64,000 nucleotides of DNA from Octopus sinensis (GCF_006345805.1 NC_043006.1:43214001-43278000); one strand, 5' to 3'. Shown: positions 11,867 through 25,657, numbered from the stretch's first letter. Notes: generated from the sequence alone by a model not told the origin. Program-made: numbers and translations.

Positions 11867-12496
11867 TGTATTAATAAAAATATACATATACTCATCTTTT
11901 GAGTTCTATTTTACCTGATTACACCAGCATACCTGTATGTATAATATGTGTGTGTGGAATGTGTGTTACATACATATATACATACATATCTTCTATCCTA
12001 CAAAAGAAGACAAATTTTGTAAAAAAAAACAAGAAGCAATTTTACTGAAATTTTAATCTCTTTTAGTTAAGTTCCACTCAGGGAACTTCCACTCAGGTAA
12101 GTTCCACTCAGGGTTTGTATTTGTCTTGTGTTTGGTTTTATTTGGGGGCCGGTGAGGATATTTTGTATCACATTTTCAAAGCCATTGCACAGTTCTTGTA
12201 GCCATTTTTCTTCAATCTCTTTTAGTCTCTCAAATCAGTGGCCTTTGACCTTTTAACATGGATTTCGAATCTAGAGAGGAAACAGAAATGTCTGCAATGC
12301 AAAATACAAACAGTGAAGTGAACTGGACAAAAGAGTAGTCGAGTGCTTTACCAAATCGTCATGGATAAGAAGTGAAGTGTCTGTATATGTGTTGTTATCT
12401 TGCAGCAACCAGATAGGTTTCCCCATGCCTCAGGCCTTTTCCTTCATGCTGCTTCTCTGTAAGGAAACCCAGCCAAAACATTTTGTTGGTCGTCTC

Positions 12497-12826
12497 ACAT
12501 GGCTCAGTGTTTAGAGCGTCGAGCTTACGATCATGAGGTATTGAGTACGATTCCCGGACCGGACTGTGTGTTGTGTTCTTGAGCAAGACACTTTATTTTA
12601 TGTTGTTCCAGTTCACTCAGCTGTAGAAATGAGTTGTGATGTCACTGGTGTCAGTCTGTATTGGCCTTTTCCTTTCCCCTAGGTAACATCAGTGGCGTGG
12701 AGAGGGGAGGCTGGTATGTATGGCAACTGCTGGTCTTCCATAAACGACCTTGCCTAGACTTGTGCCTCAGAAGGGAAGTTTCTAGGTCCAAACCCATGGT
12801 CATTCGTGACTGAAGGGAGCCTTTAC
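12497..12826 (+). mobile_element. SINE family C
   Basis: tRNA-like head ATGGCTCAGTG..., TTCTTGAGCAAGACACTTTATTT core; matches 15762-16073. Confidence 0.8.
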
Positions 12827-13029
12827 TCCTTTACTCCTAACCACGTTGAGCAAACACAAGTAATGACATCATTTCAACAATGAAACAAAAGGACGATCAA
12901 GTTCTTGCAGATGAGAGATTCTGTCTTTTCTCACTGAGAACTACAACTCCATTGAGACGACTAGCTGTTTTTCGTTTAGACATTGTAGCTGTATCTGTTG
13001 TGAAAATGTTTAGAAATTTTTCATCAGGT

Positions 13030-13575
13030 ACAGGCATGGCCATGTGGTTAAGAAGTTCGCTTTGCAGCCACGAGATTTCGGTTCCAATCCCACTATGTGG
13101 CACCTGGGGCAAGTGTTTTCTACTACAGCCCCTGGACCGAATAATGCTTAGTAAGCGAATTTGGTTGATGGAAATTGCGTGGAAGCCCAGATCGCTAACC
13201 ACTACACATTCTTTATTTTCTCTTCTTGTTTCTTTCTGTATCCCTTTCTGTGGAAGAGTGTAGGCTCGAAACATTAAAGACTTTTTCACTTCCCAAGCGT
13301 TATACTAATACATCTGTTTGTTGTCTACACCACCTGTCTTCGTCTTTTGTTTTTTTTTTGTGAATTGACTTTGTATCAGTGTTTGTTGCCCTCAACACCG
13401 TTCACCAGCCGTTGTTGGTTTATTAAAATCCCTTTAACATAGGGATTTGACAAAAGTGACCGATACAGTAAGTTCCTAACTTAGAAACATGCGCAGGGAT
13501 CGATTTGCACGACTTAAAACTTTCCAGGTGGTGCCCCAACATGGCCGCAGTTCAATAACTGAAACAAGCGAAAGA
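13030..13575 (+). mobile_element. SINE family A split by a hammerhead-bearing fragment
   Basis: Head ~13030-13185, foreign segment ~13190-13370, tail ~13375-13575. Confidence 0.75.
13244..13279 (+). ncRNA. Decayed minimal hammerhead
   Basis: cttt-CTGTGGA-A-gagtgtaggctc-GAAAC-ATT-aaag; two core substitutions relative to CTGATGA. Confidence 0.45.
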
Positions 13576-13698
13576 TTGTTTGGACTGTAACTCAGTTTGC
13601 TTTTGTATCCGTTTCTCAGCAAACGAGACTTGTGCCTCAGAGGGGAAACTTTCTAGGTGCAATCCCATGGTCATTCATGACCGAAGGAGGTCACCCTA

Positions 13699-13732
<34 letters not shown>

Positions 13733-13915
13733 GCCATGAAACGTACATAGTGTTTTTACTTATTATATTATATTTATCATTCTTTTTATACTTTTTGGAA
13801 AAAAAAATTATATATATATATTATATATTAATTATATTTATTTTATTTGTTATTTATATATTGGTTTATGTCTATCACTGTTTGAGTTGCATAATAGTGG
13901 TTTTATCTCTAATTC

Positions 13916-13947
<32 letters not shown>

Positions 13948-14019
13948 ACATTTCTGAAACCCCAACACGTTTTCAAACATGTCTTTTTTTTCCTTTCAAA
14001 ATCATTTGTTGCAAACTTT

Positions 14020-14518
14020 TACATATACCAGGTTCTTCAGTAACTTTATGGACGGTCTGGCCACGATTTTCACAGATCACAACGTACACTTTTGCATTGT
14101 TACCGTGGAAAGATCATCCTAATTTGCGATCATTTTCTGTGAATGTTCTTTCCGTTTCGAACCGTTGTTCCTTCTCGAAAAACTGTGTACGGCTCAAACA
14201 ATCTTTCCCATAAACCTGTTGCAAGCAAGAAATATCTCCAAAACTTTTTTTATTTTATCTTTTATATCTATTTATTTATCGTTTTTTTTTTTTTTTTAGA
14301 TATTTTTTTGCGAGACAGAATTTCTCATAAATATGTTGCTATTCCAAATCTGTTGAACTTGCAACAAATCGCCAAGTGTACTAAATATAAGTTCAGTCTA
14401 GCACGTATAGATCGATGCTTAACTGACGTGACGTGGCTTTAATGATTCTGAAGTTCAAGATCACCCATTCAAAGTCTGCATTGGTGAGCACGCTGCAACC
14501 ACTTATTGGCACACTGTT
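14020..14518 (-). mobile_element. Mariner 5' relic
   Basis: Minus-strand DLE*QHIYEKFCL...VYGKDCLSRTQFFE...ENRGQTVHKVTEEPGI matches the mariner HTH region; frameshifted. Confidence 0.7.
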
Positions 14519-14857
14519 CTAAAGGTCTGGTTTCTTTAAACACTCACACACACACACACACACACATAATTGCATTGACTGAATACTGACTCTCTCTCTC
14601 TCTCTCTCTCTCTCGCTTCCCCCTTCATATTCTGTCGATTTTCTTTCTGTCGATATATCAATCAATCTATCGTATTTACTTCTCTCAGCACAGCCAGTAC
14701 TCTCTAATCTTTGAAGTAACTCCCAACGCGACAGAACCAACAAACAAAAAAAGTAGTATAGACTTCTATACAGAGATACTTATATTAATGTGTGTGTGTG
14801 TAGGTACTCACACATATACATGCACATGTATACATATTTATACATATATCTATAATT

Positions 14858-14859
<2 letters not shown>

Positions 14860-14897
<38 letters not shown>

Positions 14898-15002
14898 GAT
14901 ATATATATATATATAGATATATATATATATATTATATATTTATATTATATATATAATATTTATATATATATATATATATTATATATATATATATCTATAT
15001 AT

Positions 15003-15057
<55 letters not shown>

Positions 15058-15145
15058 ATCTATATATATATATATATATATATCTATATATATATATTTA
15101 TATAAGTATATATATATATATTATATATATATTATATAATATATA

Positions 15146-15192
<47 letters not shown>

Positions 15193-15197
15193 ATATT

Positions 15198-15238
<41 letters not shown>

Positions 15239-15260
15239 AGTATATATATATATATTTACA
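14860..15260. repeat. Imperfect (TA)n microsatellite, ~400 bp
   Basis: Direct inspection. Confidence 0.95.
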
Positions 15261-15264
15261 TACA

Positions 15265-15715
15265 CATGGCTGCAGGCATGGCTGTGTCGTAAGAAGTTTA
15301 CTTGCTAACCACATGGTTCCAGGTTCAGGCTCGCTGTTTGGCACCATAGCTTCAGGCCCCGACCAAAGTCTTGTGAGTTGAAACTGAAACACATCTGTCA
15401 TATTTATTTTTTTATTTGTTTCAGACATTTGACTGCGGCCATGCTAGAGCACAGCTAAATTACAGGGACGCAAACACACCACCATCGGTTGTGAAGCGAT
15501 GGTGAAGGGACAAACATAGACATACAAACATATATATATATAATATATATATATATACATGACAGGCTTCTTTCAGTTTCCGTCTACTAAATCCACTAAC
15601 AAGACTTTGGTCGGCCCAAGGCTATAGTAGAAGGCACTTGCTCAAGGTGCCATGCAGTGGGACTGAACCTGAATCCATGTGTTTGGTAAGCAAGCTGCTT
15701 ACCACATAGCCACTC
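15265..15715. mobile_element. Two SINE A pieces in opposite orientation
   Basis: Plus-strand head ~15265-15390; minus-strand internally deleted copy ~15405-15715. Confidence 0.7.
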
Positions 15716-15761
15716 CTGTACCTATAATGATGTATGTGTGTGTGTGTGTAATATATATAGT

Positions 15762-16073
15762 GAAGGCGCATGGCTCAGTGATTAGAACATCGGGCTCACA
15801 ATCACGAGGTAGAGAGTTTGATTCCCAGACCGGGCTGTGTGTCGTGTTCTTGAACAAGACACTTTATTTCATGTTGCTCCAGTTCACTCAGCTGTAGAAA
15901 TGAGTTGCGACATCACTGATGCCAAGCTGTATCGGCCTTTGTGTTTCCCTTGGATGACATCAGTGGCGTGGAGATGGGAGGCTGGTATCCATGAACAACC
16001 TTGCCCGGACTTGTGCGTGGGAGGGTAACTTTCTAGGTGCAATCCCATGGTCATTCATGACCAAAGGGGGTTT
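15762..16073 (+). mobile_element. SINE family C
   Basis: GAAGGCGCATGGCTCAGTG head and core as at 12497. Confidence 0.85.
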
Positions 16074-17324
16074 TTTATGTACATACACACATGCACTTGT
16101 GGGTGTGACCGTTACTATAAAACACAATTGTGTGTATTCCATTACTGTTTGTGTGTGTGTGTTTGCTTATTTCTCATTGCCCTAGTTTACTCACCTGGCA
16201 AAAAATTAGAAATTAGTTGTACCAGTAATTCAAACGGCCAGACTCGTCACACACATTCTGTGTCATGCTGAAATCTCTTTGAGAACCACATTAAGGATAT
16301 GCATGTCTGTGGAGTGCTCAGCCATTGGATGTTAATGAGCAAGCTGTTCTGTTGATTGGATCAACTGGAACCCTCGTCGTCGGAACCGACGGAGTAACAG
16401 TTTATATATTAATTCGTGTGTGTGTGTGTGTACGTTGATTCATTTAGTATTTTCAATATTGTTTTCTTAATTAATTAGCAATTGTTTTTTAACAATTGTA
16501 ATATATGGAAAATAGATTCGAAATATGCAAATTTAGTGTAAAAGAAAGCTTATAACCAATACATCAACACATGTTTTTATAGTTCATAATGTTATGTTAC
16601 TTGAGAAGCTGTTTGTTTATCGATAACATGAGAACAAAAACTAAGAAGCTCAGTTAAGATATTATTTCTCTTTTTGATATTATTTCTTTCATTAATTAAC
16701 AATTATTTCTATCAATTAGAATATATGCAAAATTAAGTTCACACAATATGCTAATTCCGTCTAAATGTAAGTTTTATTGTTCGTGTGTTCCACATTCTTT
16801 TGTTTTTCGGTGATATACCATCCATCTGCCCGTCCCTTCCATCATTTTCCTTCCATTCTATCAGGATACGCTTCTTTTGCAGCTATACTGAGTAGCCTCA
16901 TGTAAATAGCCTTTTTCCTAGACCGTTCCTATAACGCTCCTATACCACCTACCAAAATAGTGAAGTAATTTTCATGTTCAGCATTACAGGTTGCTGTTCG
17001 CTTCAACAATGCGTTTCCACTCTTATCTTGGTTAGTATGGCTAGTAACCATTATTCCAATAACCCAAGTTCCCTAATCGACTCTAAACTCCCTGCTCCAC
17101 TTCTAAGACTCCATACGTTGCAAATAAACCCACCAACCTACCAAAATTGATCCGCTTCTAAATACCACATCATACTGTGAGAAGTTTTAGAAATATTATG
17201 GCAAGACAGACAACCTATCTGATAAATTCAGCCAGTTAATGCTGTCATGTTGGTGATAGGAATGGATTCCATCAGATAAAACCACATCTAAACATGCATG
17301 TAAGACTAACACATACCTATTTCT

Positions 17325-17510
17325 TTATTACCCACAAGGAGCTAAACATAGAGGGGACAAACAAGGACAGACATAGGTATTAAGTCGATTACATCGACCC
17401 CAGTGCGTAACTGGTATTTATTTAATCGACCCTGAAAGGATGAAAGGCAAAGTCGACCTTGGCGGAATTTGAACTCACAACATAACGGCAGACGAAATAC
17501 CGCTAGGCAG
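17325..17510 (-). mobile_element. SINE family B
   Basis: Matches 28545-28775. Confidence 0.8.
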
Positions 17511-18655
17511 CTCATGTTAGCACTGTTTCGGCCAGCTCATGTTAGCACTGCACAGGTATTCGCCCTACAAAGTAGAAATACAGCTCTTCTAGCCTCTTTC
17601 AGTAATTCTTGTATTGTAATGAGGCAGGCATTTTGATGTAACAGTTATTGTAACTAAGTTCTGTCATTAGTTTGACGCTAAGAGGCCACCATAATTGAAA
17701 GCAATGCTCCAGACAGCTAAAGAAAAAACTGTGATTCACTGGGTCATCATAATTTCCTGTTTTCTTAATCTGCATGACTTTAACTTATAGGATCACTATT
17801 GCTACTTGAAGTTTCACCTGATGAATAGTATGATATCGTTCAAGAATGTTGTGCACCTGCAAAAAATCGTCACCGACAAATACTACAATCTTAATTTCAT
17901 ATACACAATTTTAATGAATACCCAACAGATAGCGAAAATTGCATGTATATGGTATTGAGACAATAGTTGTTACCTAATAATCTGTTGTGTGCGTGGGATT
18001 TCTAGATATTGTAATGCTATCCATTTGGTGAAACATTAAGTAGTAATATTCATCATGTAAAACTGCATGCTGTAATTACTCTGCCTTGGATTGTTTTTCA
18101 CTTTTTCAGTTGAATTTAGACTGCAACACATACCTGCATACATACTTACACATACACACACACATATAAAGATACTGTATGTATGTGTGTATATGTACAC
18201 ACACACACATAAATATGTACACACATATTTATATATATATAATATATATGTATAATTAGATAGTATTACATAGATATAGGCGTACATACATGTGCCGTGC
18301 CCACATATACATATATATGCACAAAAATGTATGTATATAAATTGTATAGAAAGCATAAACTTATGTAGGAGTGAAAGGAAAAAACTATTCCGTAAAAATA
18401 ATGATTTTCTTTGTTTTGTTTTTATTTTTGCAGATGCTTCGGAAAAGGTTAAAGGAAATAGAAGGAAGTCAAATTTTAATGCGATAATACACAAATATAT
18501 AAAATTAGTCTAAACAGGATGACATGTGAAAGATAATTCAAGTAATATACGTTTAAATAAACATAGAAAATTGACCTATGTATGTTTGTTTTAATGTGTG
18601 TACTTTGATTTATATAACATGTATCATTCTCTATAAACTTCCGTCTCCCTCTCTG

Positions 18656-18687
<32 letters not shown>

Positions 18688-20035
18688 TATATATTTGTAG
18701 AGTAATATATGGGTACACAGACTCGTGATGTGGCTATCACAAAATTTATTATACATTGAAATAATTATTAGATGAAGAAGGTTGCGAAACGACCGCACAC
18801 AACCTCATGCTCGCGCGCACACGCACACACATACACACACACTATCCGTCTGCTTCGACGATGAATATTCAGCTGTTTGGCCAACTGAACTACCTGGTCA
18901 TTAAATTAGCGTGTTAGTGGCCAGGTATTCCACAAACACGTGTCCTCCCTAATCATAATTTCCAACCAGTCTTTCGAATGACAAGTTCAATTTCCTGTCT
19001 CTCCGACTTAACTGGAACTCGGATCGACTCAAAGCTATGGTGGAAGACACTTACCCATGACATGACGCAATAAGGTCGATCCCTGAGTCCCACGATTGTG
19101 CTATAAATTTCTTAACCATGAAGACACATGGTGTGTTAAGCCAAATATATCTAAAGAAACGCACCTGTACCCACATACAGATGTGTGTGTCTATGCATGG
19201 ATATACACATACATATGTGTGCGTCTAAGCATACATACTTAATTGGATAGTGAAGTGGTGGGGTGTCATTCTGAATATCTGAATATATATATTATTGCGA
19301 GATTTTTTAAAGATTTGAAACCCAGTCTAGATTTTTCTATGAGTTCCTTCTTGTTGATCTTGGCATTTACACCAAGGAATTGATAACAGTCAACTGTCAC
19401 GTATAGATAAGTTCTATTCTTTAACTAACCATTTTCAGTTACCAACAGTTCATACAAGATAATAGACAAAACGTCCTTTGTTTAGCCTGACCCTAATTTA
19501 GTTAGAAAAAATATAAATACAGAACCCAAACTCAATTCTACCTCTTTCACTTGTGCCCCCTCCCTGCCATCCTCCTGAAAGATCACAATCTCTCCTTCTT
19601 TCTCCCTTCATTTATGGCATGTCACTGCTGGACTATACAATTTTCCCCCTTCTCGTCAACACAGATAAGTAAATTCTTTTACTCTTTCTCCTTCTACCAT
19701 CTTTTAGTAATCAACAACAAATCGACTTAACTTCCTACAAAATGAGCTACAGAATTTCAACCTATCCGTGTACAACAACAACTCGAAGAAGTTATATCTC
19801 ACATTTTAATGATAAAATATAGACTGAAATAGCTATTATTTTTTCCCCCATTTATTTGCTACATATAATCGTTACACGTAAATATATGCATATAAAATAT
19901 ATACATACACAATAAAAGATTGCAAATACTTCTGCTGACATTTGTCCATTATATTCAATCGCACTCTGAAGTAACAGTTAAAACTTATTCTATGTAGAGT
20001 GTATCCTATTGTGCACTATGCAGTCCATGCTGATC

Positions 20036-20110
20036 AGCGCATCAATAATTAATTAAATGACCCAACTGCTTTGCTAGCAGATGGATCATTTAATTAATTA
20101 TTGATGCGCT
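20036..20110. repeat. 75-nt near-perfect hairpin
   Basis: agcgcatcaataattaattaaatgacccaactgc / gcagatggatcatttaattaattattgatgcgct: 34-bp stem with 2 mismatches, 7-nt loop. Confidence 0.85.
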
Positions 20111-21589
20111 TATTATTGATGATGATTGATATTGTTAATGAAGTTTTAGTTTTGATGAATAACTGGATTTTTTTTCCCAATATATAATTGTCTTATATGC
20201 CTTGGTGTATATTTTACGCAGTTGATATCTGGAAATTCTTTATTAACTATTGATAAAAATGTTTGCAAAAATTCACCAGTTTCGACCTTTTGTTTATAAC
20301 TGCAAAGGTCAGTAATAGGATGTTATACTTTTCCAAGGGACAAAGATCACATCATCTGAAGCCTTTTATGTAAGGGGTACATGTGTTCCACAAAGAGCCT
20401 GTTACTAATAATACTATCGTCTAGTAAGCTTAATTGGATAGTGAAGTGGTGAAATGTCATTGTGAATACCTGAATGTATACATTATTGCTAGAATTTTTT
20501 AAAGGAACCTTTAGTAAACCCTATACAATTTGGCGGGGTTTCAGTGTTTGTAAATATTTTTGGCTGATTTACAAATATTTTTGCTTGTATGTTATCACAT
20601 TGCTTCCTTTTTCCAATCGTATGAACAATCGGTCACGTGAAAATCAGAGTAACGATTCAACTTTCAGTATAACATACCACGCTATTCTACACCAAGTTTA
20701 CCAATCCATATACATGTGTATATACATGCTAACAATAGAGCAGGCTTAATACATATATATATTTATATATATATATATAAAGTGACACACAAGTAATATG
20801 GTGAGTAGAGCAATTTTAATTAACTGTGACTATCCTTGTGAACAGAAGGAAAACACTGTCTCTAAACTCCATTATCAACTAATTCAATTTTTTGGGAAAC
20901 AACAGACAATGCAATTAAGAGTGGTCTTGTTTTTAAAGTAATGTATGAAAGTAATGGACATACTTCTTCTAAGATCTCCTCGGTAAATCCTGTCTAGCTC
21001 AGCTGACATGACTCAGAATTGATCAGTATATGTAGAAGTGTAAAGAATATAATGACGCTGATTATGAATATCAACCACAGAGTCTAACAGAAATATATGG
21101 CAATCCATTGATGTGTCAATGGTATATCGTTTTAGCTACTTACTTAATTTAAGCCTAGTACTTTAGCCAGTCAAAGGTTGTAATGTTGTGTTGTATAGTG
21201 AAACTGTACACCCCTCCTGGTAAAAAGTGGTAGTAACCAGCCATTATAAATAGACCAGTAGCCGGTCGACAGGAGATGGTCGAGAGTACGTGTAGACTGT
21301 GTTGATAGTCGTGTCTGTGCTGATATAGTAATTATACAGTGATACTGAGTGGATGTTATAACGATCCTATTTTTTGAGGATAACAACACTGTTATGACCC
21401 CCAGTAGAACCATTCTATCGATGACTTCAGAATATAACAATATTTGTCAGAGTGACAACCGTCGTCAAAAGACAGATACAATAGTGGCAAAAGTGTGCTT
21501 TGCAACATGTTGCTTTGCTGTAGTAGTTAACACAGCTACATGGTTTACAGTAGATACAGCATTCGAATCCGGCAGATATTTTCTGATAC

Positions 21590-21628
<39 letters not shown>

Positions 21629-22413
21629 AGTGGTGTGTGTGTTTGTGTGTGCATGGTGTGTGTGTGTGTGACAGAGCAAAACCTTTCACTGCGGAAAATA
21701 CTCTTCAAAGCAAATATGTGAAAAATACACTATTGGGTTATAAAACACAGAATCAGATCATCGTTATACTTCGTCAGCAACGAATACTGAATCTAGCATT
21801 CACAGCCCTGAATAGTAGTTTAAATACATGTGTGTGCGTGAGTGTGTGTGTGTGTACAAATAAGTTAGGTTAGTTAAAATATGTTTATGACATATTTCAA
21901 CTGCTAAATGGCAAATTCAGCGCAGTTACTATGGAGAAATATTTTCTTACGATAAAAAGACGTATGTGTGTGGGTAATTATAAGACCCATGGATCTAAGT
22001 ATAGGAAGTTTGTATGTTTCGAACAGTCTGTGGTAAGTATATATATAAAAAAAACAATGTTCAGGAACACTAATAGTTTATCGGCATTGAAGGTAGGCTT
22101 TTCCCATATCAAAGTTCAATAAGCTGATAAGAAATCCTTTAGAGCTCACGGTTAGTTGCTATGAATGTGAATAAAAATCCAAATTGAGGGAGTGAAGCAG
22201 GTAAAATACAGACTACATATGTTTCTAGCTAGCAGAATCTTGGAAGCAATGACTACTCAATGAGGGGTAGTTACTTAGCTAATCATCAGGCCAAAGATAC
22301 CTTAATTATACGAAGGTTATATTGTGATTAAGAAATCTCAAGTTAACTCGTTGAAGATATAATTTGCAATATACATACATATATACATACTGTACAAACA
22401 TATATATTAATAT

Positions 22414-22842
22414 ATACTCTTTTACTTGTTTCAGTCATTTGACTGCAATCATGCCGGAGCACCTCCTTTAGTCGAGCAAATCGACCCCAGGACTTATTCT
22501 TTGTAAGCCTAGTAGTTACTCGCTAAGTGACAGGGACATAAACACACCAGCATCGGTTGTCAAGCAATGCTAGGGGGACAAACACAGACACACAAACATA
22601 CACACACACAAGGCTTTGGTCTCTTTTGCCGAACCGCTAAGTGACTGGGACATAAATACACCAGCACTGGTTATCAAGCAATGCTAGGGGGACAAACACA
22701 GACACACAAACATACACACACACACACATACACACACACTCACACACATATATATATATACATATATACGACGGGCTTCTTTCAGTTTTCATCTACCAAA
22801 TCCACTCACAAGGCTTTGGTCGGCCCGAGGCTATAGTAGAAA
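22414..22842 (-). mobile_element. SINE family A with internal duplication
   Basis: The CATAAAYACACCAGCA...GGGGACAAACACAGACAC segment occurs twice. Confidence 0.85.
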
Positions 22843-22850
22843 GTTAATTA

Positions 22851-23094
22851 TTAATTATAATTGAGGGTACACGAAGTATCAGCGTTGCAAGAAATAAGAG
22901 TTGAAAAACACTCAAATAAGCCACCATTTTCCTGAAAATACAACAAGCTGATGAATATGGTAAGGTAAATTTTACTCTTCTCTCAATTTTCGTCAGCCTG
23001 TTGTATTTTCAGTGAAATGGTGGCTTATTTGGGTATTTTCGACTCTTATTTCTAATAACGCTGGTACTTCATGTACCCTCAGTTATAATTAATT
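22851..23094. repeat. Fold-back, ~100 bp arms, ~33 nt loop
   Basis: 22853-22955 versus the reverse complement of 22989-23090. Confidence 0.9.
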
Positions 23095-23226
23095 ATAAAT
23101 TTACTAATTTGTGTCTTTGTGTCTTTGGCTTTAATGCTTGTTGGCCATTTATATTATTTTTGTTATTATTTATTATTAATAATAATAATATCTTTATACA
23201 TATATATATATATATATATATTCAGC

Positions 23227-23274
23227 TTCAGGCTGACGAGACATGACGACATCGAAACAACGGATGTCTCAGAG
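23227..23274 (+). ncRNA. Decayed type I hammerhead, sibling of 2487-2532
   Basis: ttcagg-CTGACGA-gacatgacgacatc-GAAAC-aacggat-GTC-tcagag; downstream ~80 nt also resemble the 2532 flank. Confidence 0.5.
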
Positions 23275-23776
23275 TTTCTTTCTCTAATGAATTGAATGTG
23301 TATGAAAACACATTCGTTGTTAGGAAACTGGTTGCCTTTGACGAAACACAAAAGTCGTTAGCATATTCACTTCCGAACGTACTGGAACTTATTAAGAATA
23401 CATATGCAAGTCATCATTTTGATATTCACTGTTCATCATGCATACGACAAATTATTTTAGTATAGTATACGTACATACATACATTACACACACATACCTG
23501 CATACATACATATATATGTATATTCAAGTTTTTTTTTCAAATTTGCTAAAATAAGAGCATTAAAAATTTGTATTGTGTGTGTGTGTGTGTGTGTGTATAC
23601 ACATGACTATACACATGTGTGTGTGATCGCACGCATGTGTGTGTGTGTGTGTAAGTGTATGCAAAAATTCATAAATGTTTGCATATAAGCTTATTTGAAT
23701 ATACATGTATAAATTCAGTTCTGTATACACATATACATACATACATACATATATATATATATATACACACACACAC

Positions 23777-23807
<31 letters not shown>

Positions 23808-23818
23808 TATATATATAT

Positions 23819-23871
<53 letters not shown>

Positions 23872-23896
23872 AGCATATATTTCTCTTGTCTTGTAG

Positions 23897-23986
23897 CCTG
23901 AGGATGCTCCATATGTATGCTGAAAATTTTTCTATCTTACCATTCTTTATTCTGGTCAACACTATTCTTCCCTATTGCACTGCTGG
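23897..23986 (+). CDS. Candidate exon encoding a signal-peptide-like N-terminus
   Basis: Strong acceptor tttctcttgtcttgtag and donor GG|gtatgt, 90 nt, only one open frame: [30 protein letters not shown]. Confidence 0.4.
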
Positions 23987-24499
23987 GTATGTAATGTAAC
24001 GTGGTGTATGAAACTCAAGATAAAATATATTCGAAAAATACATATTTTTAGAATAAAAAACAAAAAAACTTTACTTTTCATCTTATATGTAATAGTCTGA
24101 AAAAGAATGACTGATTCTGTCTCTGGAAATTTATAATATAACATGCGTACATTTAGTGTGTATTGGAATTAATCTTTGGTGCCTTGTTCTGAATTATTGC
24201 ATTTATGAACTACTAATTAAGGAATTCAATCTTAGCAGTAAAACATCTCAACATCCTATAATTACATTTCATGTTCAATATAAGGCTTTCTCTTCGTTTA
24301 TAAACTAATTAAACATCACTGAAAACAATACCGCGTGGAAGATTTTGAAGATGGAGATAAATAGATTCCAGAGCAGCCAATTTAATATCCATTCAATATA
24401 TTATATTGTGCCGGCTTTTACTTGAAAGTAAAGCAAAGGAAAGAAATGGTAGTTTAATGGTAAAGTGGTCAGTCAATTTTGCTTTGCTATTATTTTTTT

Positions 24500-25604
24500 G
24501 TTTTTATAAGTGTGTGATGATAATGGTGATGGTGGTGATAGTGATGGTGGTGGTGGTGGTGGTGGTGGCGGTGGTGGTGATGGTGTGGTGGTGGTGGTGA
24601 TGGTGTGGTGGTGGTGGTGATGGTGTGGTGGTGGTGGTGGTAGTGGTGGTGGTGGTGTGGTGGTGGTGGTGGTGGTGGTAGCTGTGGCGGTAGTTGTCGC
24701 TGACATCATAGTAGTAATGGTGATAGCAAGTCCCATTGCTTTATTGAACCAATCACAGAAGATTTCATTAAGTGGTGGTGGTGTGGTGGTGGTGGTGATG
24801 GTGTGGTGGTGGTGGTGTGGTGGTGGTGGTGGTGGTGGTGGTGGTGAGTCCGTTGGTTTATGGAACCAATGTTGAAGATTTCATTAAATAGTGATGTTGA
24901 TATGATGGTGATGGTGATATTGGTAGTAAGTCTTGTTAGTTTATGGAATGATCATTGGAGATTTTATTAAGTTGAGGTCGTGGGAATGATGGTAATAATA
25001 ATGGTGGTGGTGGTGGTGGTGGTGGTGGTGGTAACGGCATTGGTGGCGGTGGTGGTGGTGGTGGTGGTATTAAGTCTTGTTGGTTTATGGATCCATTGCT
25101 GAAATTTCATTTAGTGCTGCTGCTACTGGTGGTGGTGGTGGTGGTGGTGGTGGTGGTGGTTTCGGCGGCAGCGGTGACATCAGCATTGGTGGCAACAACA
25201 TAATTGCAGTTGTGGTGGTAATAATGATGATATGACCTGACGGCTTATAGAATCATCTGTGAAGATTTCATTAAGTGATAGTGGTGGTGGTGATGGTGGA
25301 GATGGTGGCGGTGGCGGCAGCGGCAATAGTGGTTGTGGTGGTGGTTGCCATCATCGTCGTCGTCGTGTTGGCAGTGATAAGTCCCACATTCTTTTATTCT
25401 TTTACTTGTTTCAGTCATTTGACTGTGGCCATGCAGGAACACCGCCTTTAGTCCTGCAAATCAGCCCCAGGACTTATACTTTGTAAGCCTAGTACTTATT
25501 CTATCGGTCTCTTTTGCCAAACCACTAAGTTACAGAGATGTAAACACACCAGCATAAAGTTGTCACGTGATGCTGAGGGGACAAACACACAAACACAGAC
25601 TCAT

Positions 25605-25657
<53 letters not shown>

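Noticed and set aside
12230-12282. Strong minus-strand acceptor (tttcctctctag) before FEIHVKRSKATDLRD*
   Set aside because: All frames close within about 50 nt; no supporting upstream exon or homology.
18434-18513. Strong plus-strand acceptor before DASEKVKGNRRKSNFNAIIHKYIKLV*
   Set aside because: No good donor and no recognisable protein.
20270-20330. Minus-strand gacctttg/aaaggtc-GAAAC-tg-GTG hammerhead-like 3' half; similar at ~55130-55180
   Set aside because: Core heptamer unrecognisable or stem II unpaired.
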